In this document: piece by piece, positions 19,532 through 27,331 of the stretch | How positions within the stretch are numbered: position 1 is the first letter of the stretch | How the letters are laid out: each line of letters starts with the position of its first letter | Assembly (NCBI RefSeq): GCF_025965125.1 | Contig: NZ_JAOPXM010000187.1 | Length of the DNA stretch: 64,000 nt | Reading direction: 5' to 3' (one strand) | Source: Nocardioides sp. | Lineage (GTDB): Bacteria > Actinomycetota > Actinomycetes > Propionibacteriales > Nocardioidaceae | Translations under genes and position numbers: made by a program | The notes under the pieces: model-generated | What the model was told of the DNA's origin: nothing | Database searches by the model: none | What the model saw: only the letters and a program-made list of their open reading frames with translations

Positions 19532-19673
19532 GGCCCGCTCGCCGGGGCGCCGCGCCGGTCGCGCCGACGACCGGTCGCGCCGCCGCAATCGCGCGGTTGT
19601 GACAGATTCTTCCGACCGGAACCTGCTCAAGCGGCGCGATTGCGTCGAAAGGACAGGCGTGGCAGCAGCCCAC

Positions 19674-20387
19674 CTACTTCGGCAGCACCGAGATCTTCTG
19701 CCAGATCTTGCGTGACATTCCGGTCGTCAACGACTCGATGGTGCTGACCGTGTCGAGGACGACCGCGTCGCGGGACTCCTCGGCGCAGAGGGCGGCGGTC
19801 TTGCCGACGAGGCTCAGCATCTCCGAGCAGTAGTCGAGGTAGCGCTCCATCTCGTCGCGCGTCATGTTCAGCGGCTCGCTGACCGCGGTCGGCACGAACG
19901 TCTCGCGCAGCTGCTCGGGGTCCTTGGTGAGCTGGTGCATGTCGATGATGTGCGCCATCGACCGCAGCTGGTGCAGCAGCGCGAGGGTGCGACCGCGCTG
20001 GATCCGCTCGGGGAACGAGAAGAGAAAGAAGACGGCGAGGCCGGCGAACACGATGTCGTTGACCGTCGTCTCGATCAGCGGCAGCCAGTCCAGCGAGCTC
20101 GAGAGCTTGCCGTTGTCGTGCAGGGCATCGCGGAAACCCAGCACCAGGGCGACCCCGGTCGCGATGAGGATCGCGACGATCAGCACACGCGACGCGAGCC
20201 GCGCCATCCGGATCCGACCCTGGTTGGCAGTCGGCCCGGTCTCGACGCTGTCGATCATCGTGAGCAGGTCGGCGGCCACCTTGCGCAGGCCCCGCTTCGG
20301 GAAGCGCGCCGCGATCCGGTCGTGCAGGAGCTGCACGGTCTGGCGGACCGGGTCGGCCTCCAGCGGCTCGTGCAGCTCTTGCGTCAC
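19674..20387 (-). CDS. hypothetical membrane protein (two central TM segments)
   Basis: 237-aa ORF with coding-like composition. TM stretches LASRVLIVAILIATGVALVLGF and IVFAGLAVFFLFSF. No recognised family. Confidence 0.5.
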   Translation of the reverse strand: MTQELHEPLEADPVRQTVQLLHDRIAARFPKRGLRKVAADLLTMIDSVETGPTANQGRIRMARLASRVLIVAILIATGVALVLGFRDALHDNGKLSSSLDWLPLIETTVNDIVFAGLAVFFLFSFPERIQRGRTLALLHQLRSMAHIIDMHQLTKDPEQLRETFVPTAVSEPLNMTRDEMERYLDYCSEMLSLVGKTAALCAEESRDAVVLDTVSTIESLTTGMSRKIWQKISVLPK

Positions 20388-20566
20388 GGCCGCAGCCTAG
20401 AGCGCAGAACGTGTCGTGTGCCTGCGGACGCCAGATGGGGCGTCGTCGGGCACGACCCGGTGGCTGCCAGCCGGAGGGGTCTGCGCTGTCCGCTGCGCCG
20501 GGCGGCCGGCGAGGCGAGCAGCCCGGCGAGCTCGTGGAGGACCGCCTCAGCCCACCGAGCTCGCGC

Positions 20567-21826
20567 TCAGGCCGCGGCGGGCACGGCCGCATCGACCAGG
20601 TCTGCCTGCCAGACGGCCGGCCTCGGTACGGCGCGCACGCTGCGGCTGAGGGTGGGGATCAGCGCAATGACCGCTGTCAGGGCGCCGAGGGCGGCGATGG
20701 CCGCCCCACCCCCGATTCCGCTGAGGAAGGCGCCGGCGAGTACCGGGGCGAGCGGCATGACCGACATCGACGTGAACTGGCTGCAGGACTGTGTCCGGCC
20801 GATCAGCTCGGGAGGCGTGACCGCAATCCGGTAGGCACCGATCCCGGCGTTGCCCGCGGGGTTGAGCAGGAGCACGAGTGACACCGCGGTCGCCACTACG
20901 GCCGGGTTGTTCCACAGCACCATGGGCACCACCAGCGGCACGAAGCTCCACGCGATCGCAATGGTGAGGCTGCCTGTCGCGATCCGGTCGATCAGCCAGG
21001 GCGCGGCGATCGCGCCCACGATGCCGGCGAGGCCCGCGGCGGTCTCGACGAGACCAATCTGGAAGGGATGGAAGCCGCCCTGAATCAATCTCAGGATCGC
21101 GACGAAGAAGAGAGCGTTCGTGACCAGGTTCGTCAGGGCAGACCACACCATGAGGACCCGGAAGAAGGGTCGCGACCAGATGAACTCGAATCCCTCGCGG
21201 AGCCCTTCGCGCACCCGCTGCCGCGGACCGTCGTACGTCGGCGCAGAGAGGTCGGTGTGGATCCGGCCGAGGAGGACCCAAGAGACCGCGAACGAGACGG
21301 CGTCGGCGAGGAACGGCGCCCAACGAGCGGCGCCGTACAGCACGCCACCGAGAGGCGCCCCCACGAGCGAGGCGACGTGTTGGCGCGCCTGGTTCTGGCT
21401 GAGCGCGGTCGGCAGGTCCTCCGTGGGGACGACCGCGCGGACCGCTGAGGTCTCGGCCGGCGCGAACAGGCCGGCACCGACGCCGGTGAGCAGGGCAACG
21501 ACCAGGAGGTGCGGGATCGTGAGGTGGTCGCCTACGGCGGCCAGCGCGAGCGAGGCGTACAGCAGAACGCCGGCACCGCTGGCGAAACGCATCAGTCGCA
21601 GCCGGTCGAGGCGGTCCGCGAGCACGCCTGCGGGCAGCAGGGTCGCGGCGAGCCCCAGCAGGTGGAGGGCCTCGGCGAGCGCGGCGATCATCGCGGACCC
21701 GGTCATCGAGAACGCGATGAGAGGGAAGACGAACATGCTCACCCGGCTTCCCAGCTCGCTGACGGTCTGGCCGATCCACAGGGCGGTGAAATCGCGGTTG
21801 CCCGCGAGGCGTCGGTAGTCGGGCAT
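20567..21826 (-). CDS. MFS transporter (12 TMS)
   Basis: 419 aa and hydrophobic throughout. 'GVLADRLDRLRLM' is like an MFS loop 2-3 motif. Divergent from an ArsR-like regulator. Confidence 0.8.
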   Translation of the reverse strand: MPDYRRLAGNRDFTALWIGQTVSELGSRVSMFVFPLIAFSMTGSAMIAALAEALHLLGLAATLLPAGVLADRLDRLRLMRFASGAGVLLYASLALAAVGDHLTIPHLLVVALLTGVGAGLFAPAETSAVRAVVPTEDLPTALSQNQARQHVASLVGAPLGGVLYGAARWAPFLADAVSFAVSWVLLGRIHTDLSAPTYDGPRQRVREGLREGFEFIWSRPFFRVLMVWSALTNLVTNALFFVAILRLIQGGFHPFQIGLVETAAGLAGIVGAIAAPWLIDRIATGSLTIAIAWSFVPLVVPMVLWNNPAVVATAVSLVLLLNPAGNAGIGAYRIAVTPPELIGRTQSCSQFTSMSVMPLAPVLAGAFLSGIGGGAAIAALGALTAVIALIPTLSRSVRAVPRPAVWQADLVDAAVPAAA

Positions 21827-21827
21827 A

Positions 21828-21861
21828 TGCGCACGTTAACGTGCGCAATATATATTGCGCA
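21828..21861. promoter_or_regulatory. two overlapping perfect 20-bp palindromes, i.e. three TGCGCA hexamers at 14-bp spacing; candidate operator
   Basis: TGCGCACGTTAACGTGCGCA (21828-21847) and TGCGCAATATATATTGCGCA (21842-21861). Both were verified as perfect palindromes by hand. They begin 2 nt from the MFS start codon. Confidence 0.55.
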
Positions 21862-21882
21862 ATAGAAGGTGCGGAAATTTGC

Positions 21883-21888
21883 TAGGGT
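21883..21888 (+). promoter_or_regulatory. candidate -10 hexamer TAGGGT, 6 nt upstream of the ATG at 21895 (leaderless geometry)
   Basis: Read directly. Confidence 0.35.
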
Positions 21889-21894
21889 GTCGTC

Positions 21895-22470
21895 ATGGCT
21901 GAGCTACGCCGGGTGCACGACCCCAAGCTGCTGCGCGCGATCGCCCACCCGTTGCGCAACCGGATCCTCACCGAGCTCGAGGCATCCGGGTCACTGCGCG
22001 CCGCGGACATTGCGCGCGTGCTCGACGTGCCGGCCAACCAGGCCAGCTTCCACCTGCGCCAGCTGGCGAAGTACGGCCTCGTGGAGGAGGACGTGGCGGC
22101 GGCCCGCGACAAGCGGGACCGGGTCTGGCGGACCACGAGCGCCGCGGCAATGGATGTCGACCTCGGCACCATCGAGAAGGCGCCCGGTGGCAAGGCGGCC
22201 TCGGCAGTGTTCCGGCGCAACAAGGCGGCCTGGAACCACTACATCGTCGATCAGGCGTACAGCGAGGACCGCCCGGAGGGGACGATGCGCGGGATCGGCG
22301 AGTTCGCCCTCAAGCTCACCCGCGACGAGGCGCGCCAGGTCTCGGACGAGGTCAGTGACCTCCTGCAGGGCTGGGCCGACCGCACCCGCGGCACCGACCC
22401 CGACCGGAGGACCTACCTGTTGCTGTCGATCATCCAGCCGCACCCCGACGCGCCGCCCCAGGAAGACTGA
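21895..22470 (+). CDS. ArsR/SmtB-like winged-helix transcriptional regulator
   Basis: 'LLRAIAHPLRNRILTELEASGSLRAADIARVLDVPANQASFHLRQLAKYGLVEE' is an ArsR-type HTH. Confidence 0.8.
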   Translation: MAELRRVHDPKLLRAIAHPLRNRILTELEASGSLRAADIARVLDVPANQASFHLRQLAKYGLVEEDVAAARDKRDRVWRTTSAAAMDVDLGTIEKAPGGKAASAVFRRNKAAWNHYIVDQAYSEDRPEGTMRGIGEFALKLTRDEARQVSDEVSDLLQGWADRTRGTDPDRRTYLLLSIIQPHPDAPPQED

Positions 22471-22829
22471 TGCCGTCTCGCTTGCGCCTCGCCGATCCCG
22501 CAGAGGTGGCGGCCGGGCTGGAGTCGCTCCGTTCCGGAACGGCGGCGCGTGCCGACCTTCGGATGCTGACCAAGCACTTCCTCGCGGTCCTCGAGGAACG
22601 CGCGCCCGGGCACTCGGTCGAGGTGCGGGTGCCGCCGTACGCCGCGGTGCAGGTCATCCCCGGCATCCGCCACACCCGCGGCACGCCCCCCGCGGTCGTG
22701 GAGACCGACGCGCCGACCTGGATCGCCCTGGCGACGGGAGCACTGGCCTGGTCCGAGGCCGAGCGGGACGGCCGGGTCCGGGCTTCCGGCGAGCGCGCCG
22801 ACCTGGCGCCGTACCTCCCGTTGGGATAG
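22470..22829 (+). CDS. sterol-carrier (SCP2-like) family protein
   Basis: 119 aa. The ATG overlaps the upstream stop (TGATG). The C-terminal 'GRVRASGERADLAPYLPL' is typical of actinobacterial sterol carrier family proteins as I recall them. Confidence 0.6.
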   Translation: MPSRLRLADPAEVAAGLESLRSGTAARADLRMLTKHFLAVLEERAPGHSVEVRVPPYAAVQVIPGIRHTRGTPPAVVETDAPTWIALATGALAWSEAERDGRVRASGERADLAPYLPLG

Positions 22830-22885
22830 TCCGTGACGGAACTGTCGTAAATCGGGGTCTGAAACAGCAGTTCCGTCACGGACTA
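22827..22885. repeat. inverted-repeat element, copy 1 (perfect 18-bp arms, 23-nt spacer)
   Basis: TAGTCCGTGACGGAACTG (22827-22844) and its exact reverse complement (22868-22885). Each arm contains the 11-bp palindrome TCCGTnACGGA. Confidence 0.9.
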
Positions 22886-22908
22886 CCGACCCGGATAGGT
22901 TTGCGAGC

Positions 22909-24249
22909 ATGAACGACGACGACATCCGTACGAGGCTCAAGGCCGTCCTACCCGGGCTCCGAAAGGACCTCGAGGACCTGGTCCGCATCGAGTCGGTGAG
23001 CGCCGACCCGGTTCGTGCGAGCGAGGTCCAGAGGAGCGCCGAGGCCGTGGCCCAGCTCTTCCGGGACGAGAGCTTCGACGAGGTCGACATCGTCAGCGCC
23101 GACGGAGGAGCTCCCGCGGTCATCGCGCACAAGAAGGGGCCCGAGGGTGCGCCGACGGTGTTGCTCTACGCCCACCACGACGTCCAGCCTGAGAACGACC
23201 ACGCCGACTGGGACTCCCCGCCGTTCGAGCCGACCGAGCGAGACGGCCGGCTCTACGGGCGCGGCGCGGCCGATGACAAGGCCGGCATCGTGGCCCATCT
23301 CGGCGCGTTGCGCGTGTACGGCGACGACCTGCCGGTCAACGTCACCATGTTCATCGAGGGCGAGGAGGAGATCGGCTCCGACACCCTCCCGGCGCTGCTC
23401 AAGGAGCACCAGGAGCGGCTCCGCGCCGACGTGATCGTGATCGCGGACTCCGGCAACTGGGACATCGGCGAGCCCGCCCTCACCACCAGTCTGCGCGGCC
23501 TCGTCCGCGTTGACATCGAGGTCCGCACACTCACCCACGCCGTCCACTCCGGCATGTGGGGCGGCCTCGTCCCCGACTCGCTGATCACCCTCAGCCGTCT
23601 GATCGCGACCCTGCACGACGACGCGGGGAACGTCGCGATCGACGGTCTGCACAGCGGCCCCGCCGCCGACGTGGAGTACCCCGAGGCGCGGCTTCGTGCC
23701 GAGTCCGGCGCCGCGCCCGGCATCCAGTGGATCGGCGAGGGTGCCATCGTCGAACGGCTCTGGACCAAGCCGGCGCTGTCGATCACCGGTCTGGACGCGC
23801 CCAAGGTCGACGGTGCCAGCAACACGCTCGTCCCCGCTGCCCGCGCCAAGATCAGCCTGCGCATCGCCCCCGGCGACACCACCACGAACGCCCTCGAGTG
23901 CCTGCGCACCCACCTCGAGACGCGGGTGTCGTGGGGGGCCACGCTCACGATCACCGTCGTCGACACCGGCGAGGCCACCCAGATCGACGCCACCGGTCCG
24001 GCGTACGACGCCGCACGCGCCGCGTTCCAGGAGGCCTGGGACGGCACCGCCCCGGTCGACATGGGTGTCGGGGGCTCGATCCCGTTCATCGCCGAGTTCC
24101 TCGAGGCCTTCCCCGAGGCGAGCGTGCTCGTGACGGGCGTCGAGGACCCGGACACCCGCGCGCACGGCGCCAACGAGGGGCTCCACCTTGTCGAGTTCGA
24201 GAAGGTCGTGCTGGCCGAGGCTCTGCTGCTCCGCAACCTCGCCACCTGA
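22909..24249 (+). CDS. M20 family dipeptidase/metallopeptidase
   Basis: 'LLYAHHDVQP', 'GRGAADDKAG' and 'FIEGEEEIGS' are M20 metal-binding and catalytic motifs. Confidence 0.85.
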   Translation: MNDDDIRTRLKAVLPGLRKDLEDLVRIESVSADPVRASEVQRSAEAVAQLFRDESFDEVDIVSADGGAPAVIAHKKGPEGAPTVLLYAHHDVQPENDHADWDSPPFEPTERDGRLYGRGAADDKAGIVAHLGALRVYGDDLPVNVTMFIEGEEEIGSDTLPALLKEHQERLRADVIVIADSGNWDIGEPALTTSLRGLVRVDIEVRTLTHAVHSGMWGGLVPDSLITLSRLIATLHDDAGNVAIDGLHSGPAADVEYPEARLRAESGAAPGIQWIGEGAIVERLWTKPALSITGLDAPKVDGASNTLVPAARAKISLRIAPGDTTTNALECLRTHLETRVSWGATLTITVVDTGEATQIDATGPAYDAARAAFQEAWDGTAPVDMGVGGSIPFIAEFLEAFPEASVLVTGVEDPDTRAHGANEGLHLVEFEKVVLAEALLLRNLAT

Positions 24250-24372
24250 CGGCTCGCTTCGCCGAACCGACCAAGTGCCAACCTTCGGGGCGCGAGACTC
24301 GGTGACCGCCGCCACATAGATCGAGTTACGGTCGTGGCGAAGGACCTCGGGGTCCCCCTCGAGGCGTGCCAC

Positions 24373-26709
24373 ATGGGGTGCACATTGTCTGTTTCAACCG
24401 AGCCTGACCTGCCCGCGGCGAGCGGCGTCGACCGTCGTCGGTTCATCGGCTACGTCATCGGGGGTACGACGCTCGTTGCAGCCGCCGACCTGGTGGCACC
24501 GGTCGGGTCGGCGAACGCCGCGATTCCCTCGATCCCGCAGCCGGCGGAGCTGTACGACCTCAACGACCTGCTCACCCAGGCCACGCTGCCGACGTCCAAC
24601 TTGATCTCGATCGCCGTCCACGAGGACGGCACGGCGTCGTTCGCACTCCCGCGCATGGAGGTCGGTCAGGGCATCACCACCTCGACGGCGATGCTGATCG
24701 CCGAGGAGCTGGAGCTGCCGGTGGGCAAGGTGAAGGTGACCCTCGCCCAGGCCCGCCCCGAGCTCCTCTTCAACCAGCTGACCGGCGGCTCCAACACCAC
24801 GATCTCTACGTACACGCCGATCCGGGTCGCTGCCGCCGTTGCCAGGTCCGCCCTCCTCGATGCGGCCGCAATTGCGTTGGGTGACGCCGTCGAGAACCTG
24901 GTCGCTCGAGGCGGCGTGATCCAGGCCCGCGACGGCAGGAGCGTGTCGTACGGCGAGCTCGCCCGCTCGGCGGCCAGTCCCTCGACCAAGCGGGTCGAGG
25001 TCAAGCTGAAGGACACCTCGGAGTTCCGGGTGGTCGGGGTCGGGCACAAACGCGTCGACGCGCGCGACGCGGTGACCGGCAAGAAGAAGTTCACGACCGA
25101 CCTGCAGGTCAAGGACGCGCTGCCGACGATGGTGTGCCGGGCCCCCACGCCCAACGGCACCCCGAAGCGGCTGCGCAACAAGGCCGAGATCCTGCGGATG
25201 CCCGGCGTCACCCATGTCGCCAAGGTCGACACTGGGATCGCCGTGCGCGCCCAGACGTTCGGGCAGTGCATCGACGCGATCCGGGCGATGAGGGTCGAGT
25301 GGAACCCCGGTCCCGTGGCCGGACTCTCCGACAAGGACATCGTGGCGAAGCTGAGGGCGGCCGAGCTGCCGATGCCCTCGCTCCCCGACAACCCGCTCGC
25401 GGAATTGCTCGAGGCGGACTTCCTGTTCTACTTCCGCAGCAACTCGGCCATGGACACCAATTCGGCAATTGCCGACGTTCGCGCGGACCGGGCCACGATC
25501 TGGTCCGGCCTCAAGTCGCCGGCCACGGCCCAGGCCAGGATCGCCGAGGCGCTGGGCATGAGTGCGAGCCAGGTGACGGTCAACGTCGTCACCGCCGGTG
25601 GGTCCTTCGGTCGCCGGCTCTTCTTCGACGGTGCCCTCGAGGCGGCGAAGATCTCCCAGGCCATGAAGAAGCCCGTCAAGCTGATGTGGCACCGAGCCGA
25701 CGACGCGCGGGTGGGTCGGGGTCACCCGATGACGACGAGCCGGATCCGGGTCCTGCATGCTGCCGGCGAAGTGCTGGCGTTCCAGCAGAGCAACACCAGT
25801 GTCGAGACCGACTTCCGCCACGGGTTGGGAGACATCATCACGGCCATGGGTGCCGACCTGCCTGCGGGCCTGGGCAACCTGGGGTTCGCTGAGACGGTGT
25901 TCGCGCTCACCCAGGAGATCCCCTACAACTTCGGCGTCGTGCTCCAGACGCTGGTCGAGACCGAGGAGCGGTTCAACACGGGCTCGATGCGCAACATCTA
26001 CTCACCGGACACCCGCTGCGCGAACGAGCTCGTGGTCGACCAGCTCGCGAAGAAGATGGGCAAGGACCCCTACGAGTTCCGCAAGTCGTTCCTCAAGAAC
26101 GACCGGGTGATCGCCGTCCTCGACAAGGTGGCCCAGGCCGGCAGCTGGGGCCGCCCGATGCCGAAGCACATGGCGCAGGGCATCGCGATCCACAAGGAGT
26201 ACAGGGGCGTGAGCGCCTGTCTGGTCGAGATCGACTGCCGGCCGCAGACGGTCAACCGGGACATCCGCGATGGCGTGGGAGGGCCGCGCGTCACCAAGGT
26301 GACCTATGCGATCGACGTGGGGCTGGTGGTCAACCCCCGAGGGCTCGAGGCCCAGATGCAGGGCGGCATCAACGACGGCATCGCCCTGGCGCTGACCTCG
26401 AGCATGCACCTGCGCGACGGCCACTTCCTCGAGGCCAGCTGGGACAACTACTTCTACACCCGCCAGTGGAACACCCCGCCCGAGGTGAAGGTGATCGTCA
26501 TGCCGTCCGACAGCACCCAGCCCGGCGGGGCCGGAGAAGCGGGCGTGGCCGCGACGTTCGCCGCGGTCGCGTGTGCCTACGCACGGGCGACGGGGACGAT
26601 GCCGACGTACTTCCCGATCAACCACCGCGAGCCGCTCGAGTTCAAGGTCAAGCCGTTCGTCCCGCCCATCCCGCAGTCGCCCACCAACGGGCTCAAGCTC
26701 ACCTACTGA
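24373..26709 (+). CDS. molybdopterin-dependent oxidoreductase, IorB-like large subunit (aldehyde oxidase/xanthine dehydrogenase family)
   Basis: Twin-arginine signal 'GVDRRRFIGYVIGGTTLVAAA'. Large Mo-binding-type subunit followed by a 2Fe-2S subunit gene. Start could be 24334 or 24373. Confidence 0.75.
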   Translation: MGCTLSVSTEPDLPAASGVDRRRFIGYVIGGTTLVAAADLVAPVGSANAAIPSIPQPAELYDLNDLLTQATLPTSNLISIAVHEDGTASFALPRMEVGQGITTSTAMLIAEELELPVGKVKVTLAQARPELLFNQLTGGSNTTISTYTPIRVAAAVARSALLDAAAIALGDAVENLVARGGVIQARDGRSVSYGELARSAASPSTKRVEVKLKDTSEFRVVGVGHKRVDARDAVTGKKKFTTDLQVKDALPTMVCRAPTPNGTPKRLRNKAEILRMPGVTHVAKVDTGIAVRAQTFGQCIDAIRAMRVEWNPGPVAGLSDKDIVAKLRAAELPMPSLPDNPLAELLEADFLFYFRSNSAMDTNSAIADVRADRATIWSGLKSPATAQARIAEALGMSASQVTVNVVTAGGSFGRRLFFDGALEAAKISQAMKKPVKLMWHRADDARVGRGHPMTTSRIRVLHAAGEVLAFQQSNTSVETDFRHGLGDIITAMGADLPAGLGNLGFAETVFALTQEIPYNFGVVLQTLVETEERFNTGSMRNIYSPDTRCANELVVDQLAKKMGKDPYEFRKSFLKNDRVIAVLDKVAQAGSWGRPMPKHMAQGIAIHKEYRGVSACLVEIDCRPQTVNRDIRDGVGGPRVTKVTYAIDVGLVVNPRGLEAQMQGGINDGIALALTSSMHLRDGHFLEASWDNYFYTRQWNTPPEVKVIVMPSDSTQPGGAGEAGVAATFAAVACAYARATGTMPTYFPINHREPLEFKVKPFVPPIPQSPTNGLKLTY

Positions 26710-26718
26710 GGAGCAGCG

Positions 26719-27195
26719 ATGCCCAAGCAGACCTTCATCCTCAACGGCAAGCCCACCACGGTCGACGTGCACGACGACGTCCGCGTGCTCTGGGTGCTCC
26801 GCGACCTGCTCGGGGTCACCGGCCCGAAGTACGGCTGCGGCATCAACGTGTGCAAGGCGTGCACGTCGCACATCAACGGCAAGGCGTTCAACCCGTGCTC
26901 GGTGCGGGTGGGCGACCTCGCCGCGGACGATCACGTCACCACGATCGAGGGCCTCAACGACACCGTCGGCAAGGACCTGCACCCCATGCAGGAGGCCTGG
27001 CTGGATCGCGACGTACCGCAGTGCGGTTACTGCCAGCCGGGTCAGATCATGGCCGCGGTCGCGCTGGTCCGGAAGGTACGCCGGGAGGGCCGCTCGATCC
27101 GCGACTCCGACCTCGACTCGATCCGCAACATCTGCCGCTGCGGCACCTACACCCGGATCCGGGAGGCGATCGAGCAGGGCGCCCGGCACATGTGA
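26719..27195 (+). CDS. (2Fe-2S)-binding small subunit (IorA-like)
   Basis: 'GCGINVCKACTSHING' and 'QCGYCQPGQIMA...CRCGTY' are the two [2Fe-2S] cysteine clusters of the XDH/aldehyde-oxidase small subunit. Confidence 0.88.
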   Translation: MPKQTFILNGKPTTVDVHDDVRVLWVLRDLLGVTGPKYGCGINVCKACTSHINGKAFNPCSVRVGDLAADDHVTTIEGLNDTVGKDLHPMQEAWLDRDVPQCGYCQPGQIMAAVALVRKVRREGRSIRDSDLDSIRNICRCGTYTRIREAIEQGARHM

Positions 27196-27204
27196 GCGCC
27201 CGGA

Positions 27205-27263
27205 TAGTCCGTGACGGAACTGCTGTTCGCGAGCCTCCGGAACGACAGTTCCGTCACGGAGTA
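27205..27263. repeat. inverted-repeat element, copy 2 (17/18-bp arms, 23-nt spacer), opposite orientation to copy 1
   Basis: TAGTCCGTGACGGAACTG (27205-27222) and CAGTTCCGTCACGGAGTA (27246-27263). The inner flanks CTGTT...ACGA equal the reverse complement of the inner flanks of copy 1. Confidence 0.9.
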
Positions 27264-27319
27264 TCGCAACCGGCAGGCTCACAGCGCCCGTCGGTGCGGG
27301 TTCGGAAGGGTGCGGCCTC

Positions 27320-27325
27320 TAGACT
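27320..27325 (+). promoter_or_regulatory. candidate -10 hexamer TAGACT, 6 nt upstream of the GTG at 27332 (leaderless geometry)
   Basis: Read directly. Confidence 0.4.
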
Positions 27326-27331
27326 CGTGGC

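Noticed and set aside
19553-19644. A direct repeat CCGGTCGCGCCG x2, and an 11-bp inverted repeat CGCAATCGCGC / GCGCGATTGCG (19584-19594 / 19634-19644) with a 39-nt loop, in the convergent gap after the esterase gene.
   Set aside because: The stem is short relative to the loop and the GC-rich direct repeat has low complexity. It is plausibly just a weak terminator region. Nothing else supports a function.
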